The notes under the pieces: generated by a model
Seen by the model: only the letters and a program-made list of their open reading frames with translations
The model's database searches: none
What the model was told of the DNA's origin: nothing
Assembly: GCF_001194135.2 (NCBI RefSeq)
Contig: NC_069004.1
Span: 32,629,749 to 32,693,748, forward strand
Source: Octopus bimaculoides
Lineage: Eukaryota
Length of the DNA stretch: 64,000 nt
Reading direction: 5' to 3'
Program-made: the position numbers and the translations under genes
Shown here: piece after piece, positions 26,261-38,313 of the stretch
Layout: the number at the start of each line of letters is the position of its first letter
Position numbering within the stretch: the stretch's first letter is position 1

Positions 26261-28086
26261 GATGATGATGCTGTTGTTGATAGCTGTGTTGATGATGATG
26301 GTGATGCTGATGATGATGGTGATGCTGATGATGATGGTGATGTTGATGATGATGGTGGCAGTGGTTGTTGTTGATAGTGTTGTAGGTGGTGGTGGTGGTG
26401 ATGGTGGTAATGTTGTTGTTGCTGATGATGTTGATGCTACTGTTGATGTTGTTGTTGTTGTTGGTTATCATTGCTACTGTTGTTGTTCGTCTTCGACTGA
26501 ACCCCCATCAAACTAACTGGTGCATGATCACAGATAATCCAGCCAGGCCCATCCCATCTTGCTTTTAGAGATCCACAAGACAACACCATCTGATGCAACC
26601 TGCCCTGAATCAAATACAGTAGTAGGGTGTTTGTTGGGGGTAATTTGGCTCTATTTCTAGCAGATTAAGTGACCACACACAGACTCCCTCCTTTGCTGGT
26701 TTCAATTGTTGTTCTTGTCGTTCGTGTTGTTGTTTTCTTGGTGGTGTTTGTGATGTTAGTGTTGGTGGTCATTCTGTTGTTTGTTATGTTTGTGATAGTG
26801 TTGCTATTATTAATTATGGGTTTGTTGTGATATCGGTGTTGGTGGTGTGTCTGTGTTGTTTAGCCCCCAAATCAATGCTGACCAAACAGAACTGGACCCC
26901 AAAGATGCACCGATGCACAGAACATATCGAGCACTGCATTATTCAGTGTGTTTTACATTTATTTTTTAAGACGGGAGAATGTAATTTGAGGAAGATTTGG
27001 CTACTATTTCTAGCAAGTTTAGACTCCCTGTTGACTTGTTGCTGCTGTGTTTTGAGTCATCATTGTTGTTGTTGTTGTTGTTGTTGTTGCTGAGAGATTT
27101 TATTGATGTTAGTAGTTGTTGTCATGGCGGTGTTGGTGCTAGTAAAGGTGGTGGTTGTGCTGGTTTTGATTGTGGTGGTAGCAGTTGTGATGATGATGAT
27201 GATGATGATGATGATAGTGGTGTTGGTGGTAGTGCTATTGTTTGTTTTCTTAACAGTGGTGGTGGTGGTGGTGGTGGAGGGTCTGTTGTGGTGTCAATGG
27301 TGCCAGTTGTAATGGTGGTGGTAGTGGTGGTGGTGGTGGTGGTGGTAATAGTTGTGGTTGTTGTTGCTTAGCAAACCTGATGGTGATAGTTGTGTGACTA
27401 ATGTTGTTATCGTTGTTTAACCCCAGGCCCATCCATAATCAAACACATCTGTGATGAAAGACATCCCAGCCATGACCATTTCATCATATCTCTCTCAGAC
27501 TACCTTATCCAATGTTCCCATCTTTTCCTCTCTTTTTTTTAAAACAGTAAGGTGTGGTTTGGATGAAGATTTGGTTGCTATTTCTAGCATATCAAGGACC
27601 CTTATAGAAACTCCCTTGTTGTTGTTGGTGTTACTGTTGTTGTTGTTACTGCTCTGTCCTTTGGTAGTAGTGGTGGTGGTGGTGGTAGTATGGCTTATGA
27701 TGATGTCATTGTTGCTTGTTGATTTTAATAATGTTAATGTTGTTATTGCATAGACCCCCCCCCATAGTCATCCCTGATCTAGAATATATTTGATCAAAGG
27801 GGCTCCAACCATGACCATCTCCTCTTCATTTTCGGGATATGTACAACTATATTATCTGACATTCCTTTTGCTTATTCAAATGAGATTTAGCTGCTATTTC
27901 TTGCAATTCAAATATTCACATAAGGTTCTCTCAGTTGCCTCACTGTTGCAGATGTTGTTGTTGTTGTTGTTTAGCACCTTGGTTACTCCAGATCAAGGAG
28001 ACCTTATAATCATAAGCATTCCTATCCTGACCATCCCATCGTTTTTGTATTTTTTTCTTTTTATTCACACTGCATCTATGGTTATA

Positions 28087-28301
28087 TGAGGGTATGCTGA
28101 AAGTTCCTGGCTTGGGATAAAAGAAAATACACGAAGATCAATTAATTATGATTTTATTCAACATATTTCCCTCTCAGATTCACTCACTTATTGCGGCAGT
28201 CCTTCGGTTTTTCTAAACCCTGTTAAAGAACGCAGAAGGTTGGACCTCCAACCAGGCTTTTGTGATACCCTTAAAGCCAGGAACTTTCCAGCACCCCCTT
28301 G
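28087..28301. mobile_element. Tc1/mariner-type MITE (215 bp)
   Basis: 27-28-bp imperfect TIRs: left tgagggtatgctgaaagttcctggctt; right aagccaggaactttccagcacccccttg (reverse complement caagggggtgctggaaagttcctggctt). TA dinucleotide on both sides. Confidence 0.85.
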
Positions 28302-28549
28302 TATATATTTTTTAAAGATAGTGAATTAGGATTTGAGGGAGGTTTGGTTGCTATATTTAACAGGATGATCAACCTCACAGGTGCTCTCACCTCTCTGTTG
28401 GTTTGTTATTGTTGATAGTGGTGGTCGTGGTGATACTGCAGTCAGTGGTGCTGGTTGTACATATCTGTGATGTTAGAGGTGTTGTTTATGATGATGATGA
28501 TAATGTTAGTAATAGTGGTGGTGGTGGTGGTGGTGGTGGTGGTGTGCAT

Positions 28550-28900
28550 ACTGCAGCTGCAGTCGTTGCTTATGCGATCCTTGATGCAACAGTTGGTGCA
28601 TTGTGGAGCTATGTCAAACAGCTGTCGCTGCATGTTAGATGGATTGCTCCACCATCGACCCCGTAACATCGCCGTACTACCACCTTCTGGTCACAAAAGG
28701 GAGGTTGGTGGCTGGGGAAAAAGCAGTTGCATGGTTGGTGAACCTACGGAAAAGATTGTGGATGGACACTACTTTCCTCTCAAGCAAAGCCTACATCAAG
28801 TTTTTCAAATTCCACTTGAAGAGGAAAGTGAAAGTAGAGGTGGGTAGTGCTGTCGTCAGGAAAATTTAACAAAAGGTGAATGAGATGACGAGGAAGGCTT
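28550..28900 (+). mobile_element. Degraded Tx1/L1-like LINE ORF2 C-terminal remnant
   Basis: Frameshifted peptides ALWSYVKQL and WLVNLRKRLWMDTTFLSSKAYIKFFKFHLKRKVKVE resemble, from memory, the C-terminus of mollusc Tx1-like ORF2; CpG-rich; no splice sites. Confidence 0.5.
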
Positions 28901-29582
28901 GAGTGAATCAAGACTGTTTTTAGCCTGTACCTGTTAGCTGGGGAATACAAGTGGGAAAGAGCATTTACCCTTCGTAACCAGAACAGTTTTGGATCTGTGG
29001 GTATTCCTTAATTAATCCCTAAGTTGTGGTCTTCGCTTTTTTTTAGGAGTTTACCCTCATGCACACGGTGCATACTGTTGGTTTTTCATTTCATTCTATT
29101 CCAGTGTGAATTCTTCTGCCCCTTTTTTTATAACCTGTCCCTACAGTGTCCCCTCACTTACCACCTTTGTGGCGATAATTAAGGACTGATTATTGTAAGT
29201 GTTAGGTTGCTGAAGACTGGTTCTTTGGATTCATCCTTGCAACCAACATACTTGACAATAATGGGTGCAGATTCTTCAGTTCTGCTGACAAATCTTTATT
29301 TAGATTCTGAGTTCAAATTCTGCTGAGGTCTACTCTATTTTTCATCATTTCAGGGTCGATTAAACAAGTACTAGTGGAGCACTGGGGTTGATGTAATCAA
29401 CTAGCCCCCTCCCCCTAAATTTCAGGCCTTGTGCTGATAGTAGAAAGGATTATTATTATTATTTTTAGAATAAAAGCAGTCATTTATTTATATATATCTG
29501 ATGGAATATGAAGATATTCCAGACCGGAGTTTGTATTCATCTCGACCAAAAAATGTTGCTCTGAGTGATGACAGCAGTGTTA

Positions 29583-29714
29583 GGGTGGGGTGCCAACATC
29601 TGGAGGGTGGAGTACCAACATCTGGAGGGTAGGGTACCAACATCTGGAGGGTGGAGTACCAACATCTGGAGGGTGGGCTGCCAACATCTGGAAGGTGGGG
29701 TGCCAACATCTGGG
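29583..29714. repeat. Minisatellite, 6 x 22 bp (gggtggRgtRccaacatctgga)
   Basis: Six tandem units read directly. Confidence 0.95.
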
Positions 29715-31817
29715 AATTTTGTTGTTGATGTTGTTGTTTGATACTAATGCTTCTCTGTAGGATTGTTGGTTGTGTTGTTATGCTTGTTTAACCCCAGGTC
29801 AGCACTGTTCAAGCTAGTAAACTGGTAGTCATGGGTGACTGCTGGTCTTCCATAAACAACCTTGTCTGGACTTGTGCCTCGGATGGAAACTTTCTTGGAT
29901 CAACTCCATGGCCATTCATGACCAAAGGGATTCTCTACCCTTTATACTATGTACATATAATGGTGTGGAGAGGAGAGGCTGGTATGCATGGGCGACTACT
30001 GGTCTTCCATAAAAAAACCTTGCCTGGACTTATGCCTTGGAGGTGGGGATAACTTTCTAAGTGCAATCCCATGATCATTCATGACCAAAGGGTGTCTTTA
30101 CCATTTTCAGATTGGTGTAGTCTTGGCTGTGTGGTTAAGAAGTTTGCTTTTCAACCATGAGGTTTTGGGTTCAGCCACACTGCATGTATGTCTTCTACTA
30201 ACAGCCCTAGACCAATCGATGCTTTGTAAGTGAATTTGGTACACAGAAATTGTACAGACCATCTTTAGCTCAGCAATTATTTTTCCATGCAATCACAGAA
30301 TGTAACATTCACAAGCACACATACACATATACACTTAGCTGCAAGCAGTCTCCCCACCACAACTTCGCTCACATCATCATCAACAAAACCAACAACACTA
30401 GCATAATGTTGACCAATTGTACTAAGGCATTGGTTCTGTTATCCAAACGGAACATCGACAATGTGACAGTAAGATTGACATAACGCAGAAATGTGGCTTA
30501 TTTAACCATTTTCATACCATCACCCCCATCTGAAGATGCCCCTGGTTCTACAATACAAAATTTACTGTTTTAAAAGTGATCTAAATTAAAACCTTCCATC
30601 GAATTTTCATATCAGTTTATGTTCCAAACACCAGTTTGATAATAACGAAGTTATTTTACTAATTTCTTCATTAGCCAGCTTAATAATAACAAAGACCTAA
30701 ATTCTTAATTATTTTCAGAATTAATTAGAAAAAAGACAGTATATTTTAACAAATTTATGGTAACAAAAAGGTTAAAGTGATCTAAACAATGCCTTGTGAA
30801 TGAATTTATATGACAGAACCGTAAACTTTGTGGAAGCCTCCCTCCCCCCCACACACACATGTACATGCTCTCACACAAACACACACACTCACAATAACAC
30901 GCATACACACATACACACACATGCACACACACACCAATACACTCATGCAAACACACATGCACACACACACAAATGCATACATGCACGCATGCACACAAAC
31001 ACACACGCACAGGCACATATTATTGTGACCCTAAGAATTTCCAAAATTTTGAGGGAACATGAAATAATTCTTTCTTGAAATTGGACATAGAATTAATAGC
31101 ATGTAAGTATTTACCCGATATTCACCTGCTATTATTTCTAGCTTTTTATGAGCTTCAAGATCCAATCTATGCAAAGAATTGGTGGGTGGGGTGGGGGTTG
31201 CGTGCGTGCACGTGTGAACGATTCATATTTCCATTTCCTCGTATCTCCATGTGTTTCCACTGATTAATTGTAATCAATGGTGTCTCTCTCCATGCAGACG
31301 GCAGATTGTTTGCTTGCAGGTTGCTGCTCTGACAGCTGCGTCCAGGCTTCTTGACATGTCTTAACATGTGTTATCTTTGCAAAGACAAAAAAAAAAAAAC
31401 ATGTATTTAAACAGTTTCATTCGTTTCCTCTTCTCCTCACAATCCATGTCCAGGCTGTTTGTTGCTCAGTAGCCTGGAAAGGTTTTTACCTTGCTTGAAA
31501 ATAGGTCAGGCTTCTGGCCCTAGAAAACTGCTTCAGTGTAATCTTGTCTGACCCATGCAAGCACAGAAAAGAAGACGTTAAACCCATTAGCATCCAGGGT
31601 ATTCTGTCAAATGTAATGTTTATTTATTAACATTTTTTAAAATATAAATCATGTATTATCTTGTAGCTTAGGGATTTTAAAGACGTGATTGTTTATTTTT
31701 AGAATGGCATTGCAGGGTAAATGCAAGATGCTGGATATGGCTAGTTTGAACATAAAGCAGGCTATTTGGGCTCAATATGGCCAGTTTAGATGTTAAAGGG
31801 ATAAAATAGTGATGATG

Positions 31818-31855
<38 letters not shown>

Positions 31856-32593
31856 GTTTATGTTTGCCCCTGTGGTATAGGGTGGGAGCGTAGTGATATA
31901 ATTGCCATAAAACCTTTAAAGATGGTGCTGAAGCATGGGCATAGTCCAGTGGTTGAAGCCAGTAAAAGAATGTACCTTCTCCACCTCTCTGTAATCTCTT
32001 TATTTCTTCTTTTCTCACCCCTTCTCTCTATTTCTCCATCTCTCTCACTTTCTACCTCTGTCATCTTTTCCCCTTATCTTGCTCTCTCCCCTACCCTTTT
32101 GCCTATTATACCCTTCCCATGGGGTCACTAACTCCCTATAACTCCTTTCCTAGGTCCTTTTCCTGGAAAACAGTTTCTTGTAGTTTCACAGTACTTCTGT
32201 TAATGTCATAAGCTATTATAAAATACGCAGTTGTAATCACATGCCTATCTTGTTCAAAGCACCTAATGATGTTGCTGGGATGAGATCAGTATTATTACAG
32301 GAAACCAAGTTAATTACACAGCTCCTACTAATGCCATTATTCCTCCGTTTACCTAAGTAGGTTAATTACATGTGACTACCAATGATGTCATCATTCCTCT
32401 GACGGTGCACGTGTATCACTGAGATGTCACATAGTGATGTAACTGTTTCTTTTCCACAATACATCCATACCTCAGATATCTCAACATAATATTATTTAAA
32501 CAAGATCTGAAGGGTCCTATGGATATTTAATTAGCCATTCTGAATAATACTAGCATTACCATTTTCTCTTTTGTTTACAATTATTAAAAATGA

Positions 32594-33206
32594 GGTGGAG
32601 GCGCAATGGCCCAGTGGTTAGGGCAGCGGACTCGCGGTCATAGGATTGCAGTTTCGATTCCCAGACCGGGCGTTGTGAGTGTTTATTGAGCGAAAATACC
32701 TGAAGCTCCACGAGGCTCTGGCAGGGGATGGTGGCGAACCCTGCTGTACTCTTTCTCCACAACTTTCTCTCACTCTTACTTCCTGTTTCTGGTTGTGCCT
32801 GTAATCCAAAGGGTCAGCCTTGTCACACTCTGTGTCACGCTGAATATCCCTGAGAACTACGTTAAGGGTACACGTGTCTGTGGGGTGCTCAGCCACTTGC
32901 ACGTTAANNNNNNNNNNTGAAGCTCCACGAGGCTCTGGCAGGGGATGGTGGCGAACCCTGCTGTACTCTTTCTCCACAACTTTCTCTCACTCTTACTTCC
33001 TGTTTCTGGTTGTGCCTGTAATCCAAAGGGTCAGCCTTGTCACACTCTGTGTCACGCTGAATATCCCTGAGAACTACGTTAAGGGTACACGTGTCTGTGG
33101 GGTGCTCAGCCACTTGCACGTTAATTTCGCAAGCAGGTTGTTCCGTTGATCGGATCAACTGGAACCCTCGATGTCGTAAGCGAAGGAGCGCCAACAACAA
33201 AACAAA
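32594..33206 (+). mobile_element. Young tRNA-Arg-like SINE family G with an 11-bp TSD (middle duplicated by an assembly overlap)
   Basis: Head ggcgcaatggcccagtggttagggcagcggactcgcggtc...gtttcgattcc (A and B boxes, TCG anticodon-like loop). (CAA)n end. TSD attaaaaatga at 32583-32593 and 33207-33217. Confidence 0.88.
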
Positions 33207-33566
33207 ATTAAAAATGAATTTGCAATGACTGAGGAATTTGTTGTACTGCTAGAATACCAAGGTATTGCTGGCATTGTTGCAATGGTCACATGTCCAGTAG
33301 TTTGATCTCTGTTGGTCACTTTGAAATAGCATCATCATTTAATGTCCACTTTTCCATGCATGCATGAGTCTGATGGAATATCTTAAGGTAAATTTTCTAC
33401 AGCCCCATGCACTTCTTGTTGCTAACCTTCTCCTGTTTACAAGCGAAACAATGTTTCCCTATAAGTAGACATGTTTTTCACAGAAGACTTGATATGAATA
33501 CTCGCTTATGTGAAGACAATACTCATTGACAACCATCATTTGATATCTAGACAAGGGTACACATGT

Positions 33567-33605
<39 letters not shown>

Positions 33606-33664
33606 TACTGACAGCTTAGTAGCATGACAAAAAAATTGTTGATGACTTCAGTCATTCTACAACT

Positions 33665-34110
33665 TTAGTACATATACACCACCAATTTTCTGGCAACCGA
33701 TGGTCCAGCACCTCTTTTAATCTGAGCGGATTACAAGGAGGAACTTGATAGTCCTGTGGCCACCAGTTTAGTTCACTGCATGACCACAGGTGATATTGTG
33801 TGTACCACTTGTTTACAGCCATTATCTACTCTGCACTTGTTAGTGGTAATACAAAAATTTTGAGAGATTCTCTGCGTATTTAGCTTAAAGTTAGCCTTAG
33901 TTCTGGCTGTGACCGGTCAGAGACCTGAGAGCTTCAATAATAGTGTGAAATGTAAACAGCAGTCAGTGCCATCCCAAGATAAAGTTGAACTGTTGAAAGA
34001 AATGAACCATGGTGTTCTGGTCCAGGCCATGTGACACAATTTTGCTTGGACGAAACATTTAAAAAGATAGCCAAGTTAAATCTGTGCTCTGTAACTTCAA
34101 CTTGGAACAT
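33665..34110 (+). mobile_element. pogo/Tigger-like DNA transposon 5' remnant
   Basis: Translation SVKCKQQSVPSQDKVELLKEMNHGVLVQAM* (from ~33944) resembles the N-terminal HTH of pogo/Tigger transposases as recalled (KRK..L...KVELL..L..G..V); decayed downstream. Confidence 0.42.
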
Positions 34111-34354
34111 CTCAGATGCCCCACCTGCAAAATCTGAAATACAAGATGCCTGGAAAGCAGTAATGCTGCTGCGTTCTTTGCAAATATAGTAATTAATAAA
34201 TGTAGTAATGTAATGCCCAACTTTCTGTATTTCATTAATTAAATTTATATTTAAAACATTGTATTTGTTTAAACTTCTGGCACTTCGTAATATGTTAGAC
34301 ACATGGGAAGTGTATAATGAGTCGCTTAGAAGTGTGTTGATGAATTCTTCTTCT

Positions 34355-34910
34355 TATTATTATTGAGTGAGAGAGCAGTGCACACCATCAAAGTGACACT
34401 GGGGTAAAATGTATGAACCCCGGTATACCCACCATGACTACCCATCTGATAGGGGTACATCAGACACATGCATCACAACCACATGTGCCCAACATGGTGA
34501 TCTCATATCAAGATAAACAACGCATGACCTCGCAGGTGGAGCCCAGTTAGAATTTTCTTCAGGTTGAGTAGCCCATCCTGCTCAAAAGGTCCCTGAATAA
34601 GGGTTGTTTAAGGATGTTGAATGNNNNNNNNNNNNNNNNNNNNNNNNNNNNNNNNNNNNNNNNNNNNNNNNNNNNNNNNNNNNNNNNNNNNNNNNNNNNN
34701 NNGAAACACCCATGTTTCCAAAGGTGAGTCATCCAAACCCCAAAGAATTCCTCTCAACACATGGCTATGATGCTCTCCCGCTACTTCTGCTCATGATCAG
34801 AGATGTAAATATCGCCAGTCACTAAGGGACATGCTCAACTGGTTAAGGTCAAACAACTGAGAAGCAAATCTGTGGTACTGAGCAGAATATTTGCTGTAGC
34901 CCATCTTTTA
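34355..34910 (-). mobile_element. Family E copy, 5'-truncated, containing an N-gap
   Basis: Reverse complement of ~2272-2750. Confidence 0.8.
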
Positions 34911-36055
34911 TAAATAAAGAATTATTATAATTATTATTTACTTTTAATCTCATGTTTGTTACAATCACTCACGGAGACACACCCAGTATCCTAGGGCGAG
35001 TGATTATTATTATTATTATGTGACCACGGACAGTCCAGCAAAACAGTTACTCCATCAAAGTTTTACATTCAAGGATACTGGGAAATCAATGGTGTAGCTA
35101 TAATGTGTCTGTATTTTATTGCTAAATGGTTAAGAAATTTGCTTTGTAACCATGAAGTCTCTGATTCAAAATGCTGCAAAAAAAAAAAAATAGAAAAAGA
35201 ATCTCTGGCATCTTTGTTCACCTGTATGCATTTGTACAGTGTACAGATCTGTTACAAGTAATCAAGTTTGTTGCTGTTACCATGACTGTGATGAGAAAGC
35301 TAACAGTATTGACAATCAAGAGAGAAAAAAAAAACAAACAAGATTTTACAGTGTCTCGGCTGTCGACTTCAAAGATTGCACAAGACTATAACAGTTTTAT
35401 CAATTGAATGACATAAAAAAGAAAAACCTCAACAAATGTGCTTGTGTTTTTACTTTTTTTTATATATATACTTTTTTCTGTATTCTTTCACATAATTATA
35501 TTCAATATGACTTCTATTGTTTATGATCAGGTACACCCCTCAAACAATCAATTATCTGAACGAAATTTTCTCAGTCTGTCTCAGATAATTGAAGTCTTAC
35601 TGTGTACTCTCTTAATTACATATCCCTAATAATGACACTGTGTCTCTGTCTGGGTTCTGCTTTACTCTACACAGCACATAATGATCTCAGTAAGTTTTTT
35701 CTATGTCACAATAGTCATGCAGAATATATTAGGTTATTTATTATACATTACTTAATGATGTCATCTGAGTTCTTGCTTCACCAGTCATAGATTTTTATTA
35801 ATGTACAGCTTGCTCGCGACATCTTTATGTCTCTCACTTCACTCTCATTCTCTTTATTTATTTATCCTCCTCATCATCAACATTGTTTAACATCTGTTTT
35901 CCATCCTGGCATGGGTTAGATGGTTTGACATGGAGCTGGCCAACTGGGAGCTGTCCAGACTCCAATTGTACATTGTGGCATGCTTTCCATGACTGGATGC
36001 CCTTCTTAACACCAGCCACTTAACAGAGTCTGCTGGATGCATTTTACATGCAACT

Positions 36056-36087
<32 letters not shown>

Positions 36088-36322
36088 CTTTTTATTTTGC
36101 GCCCTTTTAAAGCCTAGCCAGGCTCACGGGCCCGGTTTCCTGATTTCTATGGCGTATGTGTTCCCCCCAGCTGGACGGGATGCCAGTCCATCGCAGCGTT
36201 ACTCAAGAAACAAGAAGAAAGTGTGAGAGAAAGTTGGGGCAAAAGAGAAAAACAGGGGTCGCCACCCCCCCCCTGCCAGAGCCTTGTGGAGATTTCGGTA
36301 TTTTTCGCTCAATAAACACACA
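36088..36322 (-). mobile_element. SINE with a family G head/body and a different tail (tail Y)
   Basis: Minus strand matches 32680-32790, then switches to gagtaacgctgcgatggactggcatcccgtccag...gctttaaaagggcgcaaaataaaaa. Confidence 0.8.
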
Positions 36323-37706
36323 NNNNNNNNNNNNNNNNNNNNNNNNNNNNNNNNNNNNNNNNNNNNNNNNNNNNNNNNNNNNNNNNNNNNNNNNNNNNNN
36401 NNNNNNNNNNNNNNNNNNNNNNNNNNNNNNNNNNNNNNNNNNNNNNNNNNNNNNNNNNNNNNNNNNNNNNNNNNNNNNNNNNNNNNNNNNNNNNNNNNNN
36501 NNNNNNNNNNNNNNNNNNNNNNNNNNNNNNNNNNNNNNNNNNNNNNNNNNNNNNNNNNNNNNNNNNNNNNNNNNNNNNNNNNNNNNNNNNNNNNNNNNNN
36601 NNNNNNNNNNNNNNNNNNNNNNNNNNNNNNNNNNNNNNNNNNNNNNNNNNNNNNNNNNNNNNNNNNNNNNNNNNNNNNNNNNNNNNNNNNNNNNNNNNNN
36701 NNNNNNNNNNNNNNNNNNNNNNNNNNNNNNNNNNNNNNNNNNNNNNNNNNNNNNNNNNNNNNNNNNNNNNNNNNNNNNNNNNNNNNNNNNNNNNNNNNNN
36801 NNNNNNNNNNNNNNNNNNNNNNNNNNNNNNNNNNNNNNNNNNNNNNNNNNNNNNNNNNNNNNNNNNNNNNNNNNNNNNNNNNNNNNNNNNNNNNNNNNNN
36901 NNNNNNNNNNNNNNNNNNNNNNNNNNNNNNNNNNNNNNNNNNATATATATATATATATATATACCACAGAACTTCCCAAACCTAGGCATGAATATCTAAG
37001 TGTAATTAGATTACCTATGATGAAAAACCAACCAATACTAATGTTAGTGATCTCCACAGACTATGAATCCATAAAAATCTTCATCTTTGGAAGAATAAAA
37101 GATAACTCAGAACAATGAAACTAAAATATAAGAAATTCACAATCAAGCATAACAAATGTGTTTTCCTGTATTCCCATCATCAGCTGCCAAACAGATATGT
37201 GTGTGTGTGTTTGTGTTTGTGTATAATGTCAGTGTATAGGGATAAAATTATCCAGACAGGTACCGTAGTAGCTCTCTGGTATATTCCAGGTTATAGCTAA
37301 TTGCATCAAGTAGTACAAATTATCAACGGTCACTAAGTTTTAGCAATCTCACTGTAATTATTCCAATAGGTAACTCCAGATTCATTTCCATGAATTATGA
37401 ATATTATCAAGATATTATAATCCAGATAATATAATCAAATGAATATTGTCTTCGCTTGACATCTTAAACTAACCACATGTAAATAAATGAATTTAGTTCG
37501 CCTCGAATGACACTTCTGAAAGAACCCTGAATGGAAATGCACAGAAGATTATGATGGGTTGTATGCACAACTGCAAATACACTGTGCAGCTGAAACATGT
37601 GCCGGTCATTGTTATCACATAATTATGCTGTACAACCAACTGTAGAATTAAATGGAACAAAATATTGATGATCTACCTGTTTCCATATTCATTATAATTG
37701 TTTGAA

Positions 37707-37739
<33 letters not shown>

Positions 37740-37870
37740 TATATACATGTATGTGTGCATGTACACATGAGTGCAAGCGTATTAGTGTCATCATTTACCA
37801 TAATCATTTTCCCAGTCTATTTTTTGGGGCCTGCATAGAACAGACAAGACTTCTTTGAGGCAGAATGCAT

Positions 37871-38313
37871 AGGCGCAGGTGTGGCTGTTTTGGTAAGAAG
37901 TTTGCTTCCCAACCACGTGGTTTTTGGTTCTGTCCCCTTGTGTGGCACTTTGGGCGAGTGTCTTCTATAGTCCTGGGTCAACCAAAACCTTGTGAGTGGA
38001 TTTAGTGGATGGAAACTAAAAGAAGCCCATCGTATATATGTATCTTCATGTGTGTGTGAATCTATGTGTGCGTGTATTTATGTGTGTGTGTGTGTATCTA
38101 TGCATGTGTGTGTCTTTCTATTTATCCCCCACTACCACTTGGCAATAAGTGTTGGTTTGTTTGTGCCCCATAACTTAGCAGTTCGACAAAAGAGACTGAT
38201 AGAATAAGTACCAAACTTTTTTTTTAAATGTTCTGGGGGCAATTCATTCAACTAAAACCCTTCAAAGTGGTGCCCCAGCAAGGCCACAGTCCAATTTCTG
38301 AAACAAATAAAAG
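37871..38313 (+). mobile_element. Full-length SINE family B copy
   Basis: Head aggcgcaggtgtggctg...ggttctgtcccc, CORE-like ctttgggcgagtgtcttc, tail ccccagca...gaaacaaataaaaga. Confidence 0.85.

Larger units (their letters stand above)
23310..28400. repeat. Dense array of ~10 family D copies alternating with trinucleotide tracts; orientation flips near 24.95 kb
   Basis: Plus copies: 23310-23500, 23690-23885, 24435-24650. Minus copies: 25135-25435, 26495-26700, 26860-27030, 27415-27615, 27750-27930, 27965-28050, 28300-28400. Confidence 0.78.

Noticed and set aside
29583-29714. CRISPR-like regularly repeated unit
   Set aside because: Contiguous tandem units with no unique spacers, in eukaryotic context.
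32597-32672. tRNA-Arg-like gene (also the heads at 54181, 50472 and 37871)
   Set aside because: A and B boxes are present, but the sequence continues into a SINE body with a tail and TSD and lacks a clean acceptor stem; treated as SINE heads.
32701-33127. Apparent ~210-bp tandem duplication inside the family G SINE
   Set aside because: Identical copies separated by a 10-N placeholder gap: an unmerged contig overlap.
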